A stretch of DNA of 63,532 nt, the filler included, from Octopus bimaculoides (Eukaryota): assembly GCF_001194135.2 (NCBI RefSeq). It is 4 parts of 4 records of this genome, joined end to end, with 100 filler letters (N's around TTAATTAATTAA, not from the genome) between each part and the next. Parts side by side here need not be neighbours in the genome. Positions count along the whole stretch, not along the records: positions 20,589 to 33,144 come from NC_069005.1; positions 33,245 to 58,191 come from NC_068993.1; 2 more parts are not named here. One strand, written 5' to 3'. Positions 26,882-39,391 of this stretch are shown piece by piece (position 1 is the first letter of the stretch; the number at the start of each line of letters is the position of its first letter). A program made the translations under genes and the position numbers. The notes beneath the pieces were generated by a model, which saw nothing but the letters and a program-made list of their open reading frames with translations, was not told the DNA's origin and searched no databases.

Positions 26882-28223
26882 CTCGCAGGCATACCCGGCA
26901 TTGCCAGGGGCTGTTTGTTAAGTATGCCTGGTCAGTGTAGTCTCCCACAACGTAGAGCTGAAGAAACTGAGATGAGGCAGCATCATGCGGCTGCAGGGAA
27001 CCAATTCTATGGTAAATCTACCCCTGCACTTTAAAGGAAGGCATGATATGCCCATCTCATATGATGTTGATACCAATGGAAGTCATTTGGAATGCACAGT
27101 TGTAGGCACGTATCTGCTTGAGAAAGTCATGAGAATAAGGAGACGCCCCCATCAAAAGATCAGTCAAAAGGGGCGGAGGATCTTGTAGAAGAGATACTGT
27201 AATCTTACCATTGGAGCAGCACATGCCAGGAGTTTCTCCAGGCCACATTTTAGCTCTGCAAAATTGGCAGATTGTGGGCATGCAGCCTATTTGAACGTCA
27301 GGGTGATTACTGTAGTCAATTGTAGGATCATAGTTGAATGCTGTCATTGACCAACGCGAGGAGCATGACCTTGAGTAGGAAACTCATGCAGCCCTTCGCA
27401 GAGTTGTAGCCTCCAGTCGTTGTTGTCTTTCCCCTGTAGTCTCCGTAGCACACACAGCAGCAGTTGCTGCAGCACCTCTTGTAAGTCGAACTGCACATTG
27501 TGCTGCAGTCTCTGCAGCTCATGCAGCAGCAGTTGAGGAAGCATCTCTTGTAAGTCAATCTGTGCATTGTGCTGCAGTCTCTGCAGCTTGTGCAACAGTA
27601 GTTGAGGAAGCATCGTATGTAAGTCAAACTGTGCGTTGTGCTTAAGTCTCTGCAGTTCATGCAGCAGCAGTAGAGGACGCATTTCTTGTTTGGTATGCTC
27701 AACATTGCTCGTTGCTCTGGGCGGCTCGTTGTGCAGCAATATGTGCTAACCGATCACAATGCTGCTCTTCACTTTCCCTTCTTCGCGCTGAAGCCATCCT
27801 AAGTGCATTGAGAGAGTTCCTCCTGGCGGCATCCTCATTTGCACGCATACGTTTACTTTTATTTGCAGCGTTTGTTTGCCGACCTATACTGGATCTTTTG
27901 CATCAAGGCATGGTGGGGAATTATCAGTTTCAGTTGTGTTCACTTACGACACTGTCACATTACAGACTGTCTTACAGTGTTAGCAACAGCAGCATACTTT
28001 ATGCTGTTAGTGCTCCACTGGCACAGGTGCCAGTCATCAAATATGGTTAAATTACGATTTCGATTTCACTTGCCCCAACAGGGTTGTGTCCAATGAAGGA
28101 GAGGTTGGCATGGGTGCCAGTTGTCAGATTCAGTTCAATTTCGATTTCAGATTTCAAATTTCAAATTTACTTGCCTTAATAGGTCTTCGCAAGCAGAGTT
28201 TTTAGTGTCCAATGAAGAAAAGA
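26882..28223 (-). mobile_element. Internally deleted Helitron with a decayed RepHel N-terminal ORF (ATG at 27911, to about 26925)
   Basis: One frame reads MP*CKRSSIGRQT..., then 69-bp (23-aa) repeats, then CQFCRAKMWPGETPGMCCSNGK...HDFLKQIRAYNCAFQMTS...FKVQG*IYHRIGSLQP...QFLQLY (Helitron Zn-finger/Rep N-terminus). It then jumps to a GC hairpin (CCCCTGGCAATGCCGGG) and CGAG-T, a variant of the CTAG-T end. The 5' A|TC end at 28223 is tentative. Confidence 0.85.
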
Positions 28224-28261
28224 TACGGATAAGTGAGCTGGTTACACTTCTGGCAGAGGTC

Positions 28262-30095
28262 ACAGATTATGCACTCACTTGGCTTGCCGGATCTTCTCAC
28301 GTACTACATATTTCCAAAGGTCCTGGTCACTAGTCATTGCCTTGGTGAGGCCTAAAGTTCGAAGGTCGTGCTTCACCACCTCATCCCAGGTCTTCCTGGG
28401 TCAAACTCTTCCACAGGTTCCCTCTACTGCTAGGGTGTAACACTTTTTCACACAGCTGTCCTCATCCATTCTCGCCACATGTCCATACCAGCGCAATCGT
28501 CTCTCTTGCACACCACATCTGATGCTCCTTAGGTTCAACTTTTCTTTCAAGGTACTTACACTCTGTCGAGTATGCACACTGACATTACACATCCATTGGA
28601 GCATACTGGCTTCATTCCTTGCGAGCTTACGCATGTCCTCAGCAGTCATGGCCCTTGTTTCACTGCCATGTAGCATGGCAGTTCACACACATGCGTCATA
28701 CTATCTGCCTTTTACTATAAGTGAGAGGCCCTTTGTCACCAGCAGAGGTAAGAGCTCTCTAAACTTTGCCCAGGCTATTCTTATTCTAGCAGCTACACTT
28801 TCAGTGCACCCTCCCCTGCTACAAACTTAGTCACCTAGGTAGCGGAAGCTATCAACTACTTCTAGTTTTTCTCCCTGGAGTGTGGCAAAGGTTGTTTTCT
28901 GCACATTTTCAGTGTTTATTGATCCTGAGCATCTGCCACATACAAAAACTATATTTCTTGTTAGCCTTCCTTTGATATTGCCACACCTCTTATGTGTCCA
29001 AAATTTACACTGGGTACATCTTATGGAGTTTCTAGCTACACCTTTTCTACAAATCGAGCAGGGCCATCTACCTGAAGGGGTTTGTGTTTTGTTTACCTTC
29101 CTACTTGTTAGGACTTTGGTTTTAGCTAGGTTGACTCTAAGGCCCTTCGATTCTAGTAGTTGCTTCCACACCTGAAAATTCTCCTCTGGTTCTGATAGTG
29201 TCTCAGCAATTAGGGCAAGGTCCTCAGCATAGAGGAGCTCCCAGGGCCAGCCTGTCTTGAATTCCTCTGTTATTGCCTGGAGGACTATGATAAATAGGAG
29301 GGGGCTGAGGACTGAACCTTGGTGGACCCCTACCTCTACCCAGAATTCTTCACTGTATTTGTTGTCAACCCTCACCTTACTGACAGTATCTCTGTACATG
29401 GCTTGTACAGCTCTCACTAACCATTCATCTATCCCTAGTTTCCTCATTGACCACCAGATAAGGGAGCGGGGGACCCAGTCAAAGACTTTCTCCATGTCAA
29501 TGAAAGCCAAGTACAGAGGTTTATCTTTGGCTAGGTATTTCTCCTGCAGCTGTCATACTAGAAATATAGCATCAGTGGTGCTTTTCCCTGGAACGAACGC
29601 AAACTGCATCTCATCTAAACTGACTCTCTCCCTAATTTGTTAGGCTATGACCCTCTCGGTGACCTTCATTACCTGGTCCAACAACTTGATACCTCTATAA
29701 TTGTTTGTGTCTAAAGCATCACCTTTACCTTTGTAGCAGTTGACTACTACAAAGTAGTCATTGGGTATGACTCCTTCGTGTATCACCTGGTTCGCAATAC
29801 GGGTGACTAGGCTATAGACGACACTGCCAGATATTTTGAGCATCTCTGCAGTGATTCCTGATGGGCCGGGGGGGCCTTCCCTGTCTTCATACTCTTGATC
29901 GCTTTATCTACTAAGGTACTGTCAATTAGGATAGCTTGTCCCTCTGTTGGGTCGCCATGCAGCAGACTCTCTTCCTCCCATTCATTCTCTTTATTAAGCA
30001 GCCTTTCATAGTGGTTTCTCCAAGCCTCTCTCTTTGCAGCCTCGTTTAGTGCAAGTGAGCCATCATCCAAGCGGACACATTTCTCCTACGACATC
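28262..30095 (-). mobile_element. RTE-like LINE ORF2 fragment (RT with PHD-like insertion), best-preserved copy
   Basis: YKGKGDALDTNNYRGIKLL, AFIDMEKVFD, GVHQGSVLSPLLF, LYAEDL (YADD variant), FRYLGD, MLHGSETRAMT, RRLRWYGHVARM. Confidence 0.92.
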
Positions 30096-30605
30096 ATGAT
30101 ACACACACACACACACACACACAGAGGCATAGATAAAAAAAAAAGATAAAGCTCCTTCAGAAATGATACAGAACCATGGGGCTGGTTTCTTGGATTACTC
30201 ATGTTTGTCAGCTGAGTGGAGTGAAGCAACACAAAATAAAGAACAGTGCATTGTCCAATACCCTAACCATTAAGCCATGCACCTCCACCACAGACATGGT
30301 TGTGTAGTTAAAAAGTTCACTTCACAACCACATGGTCTGAAGTTCAGGGTTTAGTGGGACAGATTGACCCCCAGTAATTATTTTTTAAGTCTGGTACTTG
30401 TTCTATCAGTCTCTTTTGCAAAACCACTAAGTCATGAGGACTAATACCAGTGTCCAACACATGCCAGCATGGACAATGGCTGTTAAATGATGATGATGTA
30501 ACACACACACATATATATATACACAATATATATATATCATCATCATCATGGTGGTGCACCAGCATGACCGCAGCCACTTGGCTGAAACACATAAATAAAT
30601 AAATA

Positions 30606-32815
30606 AATCATCATTTAACGTCCATCTTCCATGCTGGCATGGATTGGATGGTTTGACACGAGCTGGAATACCAGAGGACTGCACCAAGCTCCACTGTCTG
30701 TTTTGGCATGGTTTTTACAGCTGGATGCTCTTCCTAACACCAACCGCTTTAAAGAGTGGACTTGGTGCATTTTTCATGTCACCAGCACAAGTAAAGTCTA
30801 CTTTGGCATGGTTTTTACAGCTAGATGCTTTTTATGTTACACCAGCATCAGTATCAATTCTGCTGTGGCAGATGGATCTTCTTGACCACAGCAATGCACC
30901 AGATATCTTGGTCCTTAGTCATCTCCCCTCCATAACGCTCAGTGTCTTGAGACTGGCCTTCAATATTTCATCCTATGCCTGCCAGAGTCTCCCTCTTCCA
31001 CAGGTTCTATCCACTTTAAGTGATCAGCACTTCTGTATGCAAGTGTTTAGATCCATACATGTCACATGACCCAACTAGCACAGCCTTCTCTTTTGCACAC
31101 TGCATCTAATTCTTATGCCCACTTTTCCTTCAAAACGCTAGCACTTTATCGTATATTATACACTGACATTGCACATCCAGCAAAGCATATTAGGTTCATT
31201 CCTCTCTAGCCTTCAGAAGTCTTCTACATTCAAGGCCCATGTCTCACTACCATGTAGCATTGCTGCTTGTATACATGCATCATACAATCTTCCATTCACT
31301 CAGAGAGAGAGACCTTTGATTGCCAACAGAGATAAAAGCTCTCTGAATTTTCTTCATCCTATTCTTATTCTAACAACTACACTTTCTGTATGACCTCCCC
31401 AACTACTAATTAGGTCTTCTAGGTAGCAGAAATTATCCACTACTTCTAACAAGTCTTCAGGGCATCTGAACCAATCAATTTCCTGAGAATCTGTAGTTTT
31501 TATGGCTCGTACATCTTCCACATACAAATACTAATTTGATAATCTTCCTATTGTTCTACTGCATCTGTGTGTCTATGGCTTGCACTGTACACCATATGGA
31601 ATTCCTGCCTACACCTTTCCTACATATCGAGCAGAGCCATTTACCTGAAGGTTTTCTAATCTTAAAGCCCTTCAATTTCAGGTTTTGTTTCCACACCTGG
31701 AAATTTTTTTTTCTAACTCTGATACAGAATCTGCTATGAGAGCAAAAGCATCAGCATAAGGCAGTTTCCAGGGGTAGCCCATTTTGAATTCTTCTGTTAT
31801 GGCCTGGAGGACAATGATGAAAAGGAGAAGCCTAAGAATCGAGCCCGGATGAAAACCTACCTGTACAAATTCATCACTGTACTCGTTAAGTCTCACCTTA
31901 CTGAAAAACCTTGTACATGACCTGTACAGCTTTCACAAGCCACTCGTCTACCTCTACCTTCCTCAGAACCCACCATATCACATAGTGAGGTACTCTATCA
32001 AAGGCTTTCTCCAGATTAACAAATGCCAAGTATAACAGCTTATTCTTAGCTAAATATTTTTTCTTGCAGCTGCCTGATTATGAAAATAACATCAATAGTA
32101 TTTCTCCCCAGGACAAAGCCAAACTGTATTTCATCTAGTCTAATTCTGTTCCTAATTTATTGGGCTTTCTCTCCATAACTTTTATCACCAGGTCCAGTAA
32201 TCTGATGCCTACTTTTATCTAAAGCATCTCCCTTACTCTTGTAGCAGCTGACTATAATGCTGCTACACCAATCATTGGGGATGACACCTTGATGAATAAC
32301 TTGAGAAATTATGCAGCAGGAGGGGACTAGACCATATCCTATTCCGCCAGATATTTTAAGCATCTCAGCAGTAACTCCCAACGGATCAGAGGCTTTCCCT
32401 GTCTTCATATCCTTAATTGTCTTACCTATCATACTGCTGTCAGCACAAATAGCTGGTCCCTCTGTTGAGTTTACATAGGGGAGACTCCCTTTCTCCCATT
32501 TATTCCCCACATTTAACAGTCTTTCATAGCAGCACTTCCACAACTCTTTCTTTTCAGAGTCACTGAGTGCAAGCATACCATTATTCATCAGTACACACTT
32601 CTCTCTCACATCTTGAATCTCTCTGACACACTGTTTAGCAATCTGAAACACCACAAGTCTCTGACCTTCATGCTGTAGGACATTTGCAAACCTCTTCTTT
32701 TCTGCTTCTGCTCTAACTTCATAAACCTCATACTTAGCTTTCCTTTTAGCTATCTTGTCTGGTTCTTTGCAATCCCCACTTTTCATGCCCTCCAAACCTG
32801 ACTCTTCACATATAG
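30606..32815 (-). mobile_element. RTE-like LINE 3' fragment, more decayed
   Basis: IPNDWCSSIIVSCYKSKGDALD, GFHPGSILRLLLF, LPYADAF; shared 3'UTR. Confidence 0.85.
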
Positions 32816-32817
32816 AT

Positions 32818-32852
<35 letters not shown>

Positions 32853-32956
32853 CTTGTATATATGAATATTTATATACATGTATACCTACACACACACACA
32901 CATTTTTATAGCAGTAGTTTATGTTTTTTTTTTTGTGTAACCAGGCTCCAATCTGA

Positions 32957-33120
32957 GGCGTAGGAGTGGCTGTGTGGTAAGTAGCTTGCTTACCAACCAC
33001 ATGGTTCCAGGTTCAGTGCCACTGTGTGGCACCGTGGGCAAGTGTCTTCTACTATAGCCTTGGGCTGACCAAAGCCTTGTGAGTGGATTTGGTAGACGGA
33101 AACTGAAAGAAGCCCGTCGT
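32957..33120 (+). mobile_element. Same SINE family, 5' half (ends in (TA)n before the spacer)
   Basis: Near-identical to 19077-19228. Confidence 0.88.
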
Positions 33121-33144
33121 ATATATATATATATATATATATAT

Positions 33145-33244
33145 NNNNNNNNNNNNNNNNNNNNNNNNNNNNNNNNNNNNNNNNNNNNTTAATTAATTAA
33201 NNNNNNNNNNNNNNNNNNNNNNNNNNNNNNNNNNNNNNNNNNNN
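33145..33244. other. Artificial scaffold-join spacer (44 N + TTAATTAATTAA + 44 N)
   Basis: Same layout as 20489-20588; separates the USP5 block from the CANX block. Confidence 0.93.
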
Positions 33245-34544
33245 CTTTGTCAATACTGACATAGGCAAAAAAAATCTTTAGGTAATGAGAATAAAAAAAG
33301 GTGGGGGTGGGGGCGGGCTTTGATACATAAAATTACAAAGTGGGAGTTGGCCATATCTGTGGTCTTGTTCAACTGTCAATATTTTGTACTGATCTACTAA
33401 TCCAAATGTTATCATAACACCCACTTTTCCATATTTACATGGGTCAGATGAAATTAGGTGAGGCAGATTTTCTACAGCTACATGGTCTTTTCTTCGCCAA
33501 TCCTCACCTCTAAGCAACCTAATGTTACTCCTGGTCCTTTGAAAAATGAACAGTACAATGGCCAAATACATTTTCATGCAAACAAACATCATTTGTTTGA
33601 TAATGAAGTTTGTTTTATAATTAGCATGTGATGTGAAGAGAAGGAGACCTGAATATACACACACATATTTCTACAACCAACTTCTTTTACTTTCTATCCA
33701 ACAAATCCACTCACAAGACATTGATCAGTTTGGTACAACAGTAGAAGACACTTGTTTACCATGTAGTAAGACTGAACTCAAAACTAAGTGGTTGTGAAGC
33801 AAACTTCTCAACCACACAATTATACCTGTGCAGATCAAATTGTTAAAAAAATTGGACTATCAGCTTAATAAATCTTAACCTGACTCTTGCACAATAAAGT
33901 TTTGGTACATTTAAAAAGTGAATGATAATACAACGAATATGCCGATCTTGCATTTGATTCTGGTGGAAACCCGATGATTGTTCTATAGATATAGAAGTAG
34001 TCATCCAAATGCTATGCTTGCTTTTACCATACTTGTGTGTAGTTTAGTGTCAATAAGTCTGTCTTTCGGTATAATACTGTAAGGTCTTCTACAGTTTTCA
34101 AACGAATGCCATCAACTGATACATAGAATAGCACTGTCATTTCATTTTGATACAACTCAAAATTGTATTTTTTAGATGCACAGAACATAATCATAATCCA
34201 GTGTATGTGCTGTGGCATAAGAATGACTTCTATATTACTACAGACACACTGTAGTTGTCCAAAAAAGAAATGGGAAGTTATTGTTTTTGCACTCTAATAA
34301 GAAAAATTGAAGAGATCGAATTTGGCAAAACAATATATAAATTCCAAATTCAAGACCACATAAAATTTCCCTATGTATGGCTACAAGAAAAGTAGAGAAC
34401 AATGTAGGTACCAATATAGATCTCTGTTTATGGATCTGCCACCAGTTTCAACTATTGTTCAAGCAATGGCACTAGCTACTCATTTTATTATAGTGTAAAA
34501 GGTTGAGTGCATCATTAACAAAATCCTCAGAAATATTAGTTTAC

Positions 34545-34609
34545 CTTCAGAATTAAAGCAAGATCTCCTTTTAAAGGATTGACATCAGGTTCTTCTATAC
34601 TCCATCGAC
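34545..34609 (-). CDS. CANX: Calnexin coding exon 4 (65 nt, GRWSIEEPDVNPLKGDLALILK)
   Basis: Acceptor ttttctaaag, donor gtaaac, phase 1 to 0. Matches calnexin GKWEVEEMKESKLPGDKGLVL. No further CANX exons were found in the window. Confidence 0.9.
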
Positions 34610-35289
34610 CTTTAGAAAATGTGAGGAGATAAAAATAGCACAAAATAAAATTGCATGATTTACAAAGAATTAAATAAAAAAGATATTCAAACATAACAAT
34701 CTTATTTCTTGCATATGTTCAAAAATGATTTTGAAAGTATTTGAAACTATTTTCTTAAAAGAATTCTATATACATGTTATCTGTTTAATGTAGTTTGGAT
34801 AAAAAAAATATTCTTTACTTCCAAGAAATATGGAAATAAAAATTATTTAAAAAAATGTTTTCTAACTTATATACCTGGCAAACTCACAAAATGGAGTATC
34901 AAAGTATGGAAGATCCATGATGCAGTTGTGCTAGTGGGGTAAATTTCATAAAGGGGGAGCACTAAGTCAGCATGACCTGGGATACAATGTTGTTTGGAAA
35001 TTATTCCTACCATACCATAGCTAAAACCATATATATATTTACTTTTACAGGTATTTCAATCTGGCCAAACTTGATGTGGATTTAAAAGCTGTGGAAATAT
35101 CTGCACTAATCACCTTACAGTGCACTGGGTGCATTTTATTGTGGCACAACACTAAAGAGATGATTGAGTGCATGACCAAACTAAAGTCCTCTTCACCCTG
35201 TCACAACAATGGCAGCTTTTGATGTTAACTGACCACTTTTATAAATCAACACACAAAACAACTACAACAGTTCAAATTTCTTAACATAC

Positions 35290-35348
35290 CATCATATTTA
35301 GCAATACTTTCTTCAGCACCTTCTTTCCTAGCTTGAGATAGGATCCAT
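35290..35348 (-). CDS. CANX: Calnexin coding exon 3 (59 nt, WILSQARKEGAEESIAKYDG)
   Basis: Acceptor tctttgcag, donor gtatgt, phase 2 to 1. Matches the calnexin motif WILSKAKKDDTDDEIAKYDG. Confidence 0.95.
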
Positions 35349-38300
35349 CTGCAAAGATTTATAAGCTATTATGAAACAGTGCAATAATGAAATTTATGTG
35401 CTTTTTTAAAGTACTATTAGCAAGGTTACACTTTAAAAGACAAGAATAATAATTTAACTAGGTATGAAATCTTAAATATGCATGGCTGTGTAGTTGAGAA
35501 ATTCACTCCCCAATAGCAAAGTTTCAAATTCCATACCATTGCATGACACCTTGGGAAATGTCTTCTACAGTAACCCCAAGTCAAAGGTCAACCAAAGCCT
35601 TGCAAGTGGATTTGGAAAACAGAAAATTCAAAAAACAAAAATCCATTACGTGTATGTATGTGCATATTTGTATGCACTTGTGACCACTTGTATTGTGGAA
35701 ATCAGTGTCGTCAGTTTCTCCTGTAAAAAATTGTTGGGTCACATCATGCTTTCAAAGCTTGATGGAATAAAACATCCCTTACTTGAAAAGCAGGTGAAGA
35801 TTAGCATCAGAAAGGGAATCCAGCAGTAAACAATACCTCAAACATATTCTCCTAACCTATGCAAGCATGAAAAATAAATGAATGAAAAAAGCAACAAAAT
35901 TATATATTTGCTCCAACACCTCAAGATCCAATGTTAGATTCACAGAAAAGTGCATTTCTTGACATTCCCAGCTGTCAATTCATTCTGAAGGACCTAACAT
36001 TTTTATGCTACGGCCACTCTTTTCTACCAGAGCCGAACCGTTAATAATGAATTTGCCACAAAAGTAAGTACAAAGAAACAAACTTATAAGAATGGATGTA
36101 GTCAATTGAGTTACCTTCTGTTATTACAGGTAACTATTTAATCAAATTTGAGCTCAGAATGGAAAGAGTTGGAAAAATATTGTAAGGCATTTTGTCCAAC
36201 ACACTGTCCAGAAAGGTAGATAAAAGAACAGTCAAATTAATCCCAGTGTTTGACCATAACTTTATCAACATTAATAATTATTTCTGATAGCAGTAGAAAG
36301 ACTTGGACTGATAAAATAAAAATTTTGAAAATTAGCAAAAAAATTTTTTCCTTTTTTTTTAACCAGAGAATTAGCTATGCAAGTGAAATAATTGCTCTTG
36401 TAAATTTAAACCCAGTTATAATTCAGCTTGTCAAAGTAAAATTTACTTAAAATTTCACTGATTGCATTTAGCACTGCAGTCAACACCTACAGTGGTACCA
36501 AGAGAGAAAAAGAAAAATAATACACAATTTGCAGAAAGGTATAGTTAGGAACTCTATACTGAGTACCTAATGCAAACTCTGAATATGCAGAAAGTGCAGT
36601 AGGATGTCAGGCAGGCAGGCTGACAGAGAAGGATTTTGTAGGTAATACACTTACAAGTAGTTAACAATAAATGTAAACAAGAACTGAAATCTCAATTGTC
36701 CCGAAGGCTTGACAGAAATAATTGATAACTTTTATTATCTAAGTGACCTAATCAGCAGCGAAGGTAAGTCTATAAAGTTTATTAATTGCTTCAGTTGACA
36801 ATAAATGGCTTCTCACGCAAAGGACAGACTGCATGATGCTTGCATACAAAGTATGATATAACACGGAAGTAGCATATGGTTATTGGATGTAGAGGATATA
36901 CAAAAGCTGGTAACAAACACAGAGAGTATACTCTGCAGGATGGATAACAGTCAACATGCATGAATAACAGAGCACAAATGTGCTGAAAGAAACAAACTGG
37001 ACACCAGAGATATTTGCCATAGTGTGAATGACATGCTAGAAATGCAGACAAATTTCATTTGTATTACACTTTACTGTCTTAAAAAAGGAAAGGACACATT
37101 GGATAATGTAGCCCTAGGTATACTAGGCTTGGGGAAAAAGATGAGATGGTCACAAATTTCTTTACTTATAGGTCTGCTGGGTAAGGGTCAACTTCAGGCT
37201 AAAGGGCAACAGCTAATTTGGATTTTCCAAGCTGACATATCTTTATCTCCTTTTACTTGTTTCATAATTATTTATGTGTTTATTACTCTCGGAGTGGTTG
37301 GCATTAGGAAGGACATCCAACCATAGAAACTATGTCAAATTAGACTGGAGTCTGGTGCACCCTTCCAGCATTCCAGCCCTGGTCAAACCGTTCAACCCAT
37401 GCCAGCATGGACAACAGACATTAGATGATGATGTGCAAAAGAAAATAGTGATGGTAAAGGCATGAAATATGCATGAAGAATGATAGGCAAAGAGATATCA
37501 AACTATGTAAATAGAAGCAGCTAGCAGACCAAAGACTTGATTAAAAGAAGTGAAAAATAAAGACAGATGTTGAGCCTCATAAAGACAAAGGGCTGCAACA
37601 AGTGGAGAAACACTTTATTGAAAATGACCCATCTAACACACACCAGCAAAGGAACATGAATATAAAAATGATAATAGAATCACAATTATGAAAGGTAAAT
37701 TCTACTCAAGTGGATTTGAATTTAGAATTCAAAGGTATGTAATACCACAAGGTATATAATCCAATATTACTATTTCTGTTACTAAGTTACCAATAAAATA
37801 ACTACTTCAAATACTGGCACAGGACCACACAAATCTGAGAAAGATAGTAGATTAAATTAATAATGAAAGGATGGAAAGCAAAATCAAATTTAATGAAACT
37901 AAGACTCAATGTCAAATTTAGTTATTTCATAAGTCAGGTAAATCAATTCTGACTAAGCTGTATCTTCTGAGTTTACACCTAGAGATCGTTCCGTCCACAC
38001 CAAATATACAAAAGAAAAAGAAACCCACTAAAATGAATAACCAAATGATTATTAAAAAAAAAAAAAACAGCCTTTAATTGCTATAAATGAGAGAAAATAC
38101 AAAAGTAGAAGTAGAGGAGTTTGCAAAAAAGAAATTCAAAACTGCCAACTACAGTTTGGAAATGTTTCGAAACAAAGAAACGATACCATAGGAACTTGTA
38201 GAGAATGATGATCAATGAGAAAGAGTACATTACTTTCTATGTCTTTACATAAAAACAGTTTCAGAACAAACTAGAAGGTCTTTACTTTTTTTCTCTTTTA

Positions 38301-39059
38301 GTTAAAATATTTATCGAAGTTGTATCTGAGCACCTATAAATGCCAAATGAATCTAACTATTGATCTTTATTTAACTCATGTCTTTAGAACCAATTTAAAC
38401 AATCCCACCAATATTCCCAGTACATGCAGTCCATCAAATTCACTCACAATGTATCAGTTGATCCAGGGATGTAGTAGAAAACACTTGCCATAGCGTTATG
38501 TCTACTACTATAGCCCTGGACTAAGTAATGCTTTGAAAATGAATTTGAGAGAAGGAAACTGTAGGAAGCCCGTGTGTGTGAATGTTGATAATTTGTCACT
38601 GTCTGAGTAGAATGGTGATTTTACATTCCTTGTTGGCATTACAACTGACAACTCTGTGCTTTCAAAGACTTGTAGAATAAAAAATCTCTTACTTAAAAAA
38701 CAAGAGTAGGCAACAGAAAGAGTATCCAGCTATAAAATCGTCCTTGAAGAGAATTCATAGAAAAGGTAAAATGAACTAGCTTTAACTAAAAATAAACTCC
38801 ATGAACACACTCCATGCACAGAATGAGCTAATTGTTTTGCTTTATAATAAAAATAAATTTCTTAAGGATTAAGAAATACAAAATTGCAAATTTGAGATAA
38901 TGGAGTTGATCAACCTCAGTTCTTAATTGGTAATTTTGAATCCAGAGGATTTGAGAAATTTAATTGGTATAACCAAAACCACAAGACATTTTAGCAAAAG
39001 TGTTACCAATTCTGCTATCCACTACCCCATTGTTTTTAAAGATGAAAATATATAACTCC

Positions 39060-39230
39060 AAAAGTGGTTTCAAATTTTGGCACAAGACCAGCAATTTCAT
39101 AGGAAGAGGTAAGTCGATTACATTGACCCTGAGAATATGAAAAACAAAGTTAACCATGGCAGAATTTGAACCCAGAATATAAAGACGGATGAAATACTGC
39201 CAAGTATTTTGCCAGCTCCACCACCTTAAA
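39060..39230 (-). mobile_element. Second SINE-like family fragment (related pieces near 37810, 46470, 54900 and 59860)
   Basis: Recurrent motif gatgaaaggcaaagtc(a/g)acct...ggaatttgaac(t/c)cagaa is seen in several diverged copies. Confidence 0.55.
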
Positions 39231-39311
39231 TTCCAAAAGTAATTAAGAAACAAAATATTACTGCTTAATTATATAAAAACTTTAAAAAATAATGTAGAAA
39301 AACATACTAAC

Positions 39312-39391
39312 TTTTTATCAAGATCCTTTTCATTATGGAAAGGTTCAGCAAAATAAGCAAAACCAACAACTTTCGGTTTTGTATAAAGAGG
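39312..39391 (-). CDS. CANX: Calnexin coding exon 2 (80 nt, PLYTKPKVVGFAYFAEPFHNEKDLDK+AA)
   Basis: Acceptor tgtttttcag, donor gttagt, phase 0 to 2. Resembles calnexin VTYKAPVPTGEVYFADSF. Confidence 0.92.

Noticed and set aside
27328-27739. ORF-track proteins rich in CCC or LLLHELQRLQH repeats (Cys-rich or coiled-coil-like)
   Set aside because: They are alternative frames of the 69-bp repeats in the Helitron ORF; the third frame is the true decayed coding frame.
31621-31655. cttcag|GTAAATGG, resembling the expected calnexin GKW exon start
   Set aside because: It continues as WLCSIC of the RTE PHD-like insert; the true exon is 34545-34609.
36031-36063. 33-nt plus-strand segment with good splice signals (ttttctaccag...GTAAGT), antisense to CANX
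   Set aside because: No partner exons or recognisable peptide; such matches arise by chance in AT-rich introns. RNA-seq would decide.
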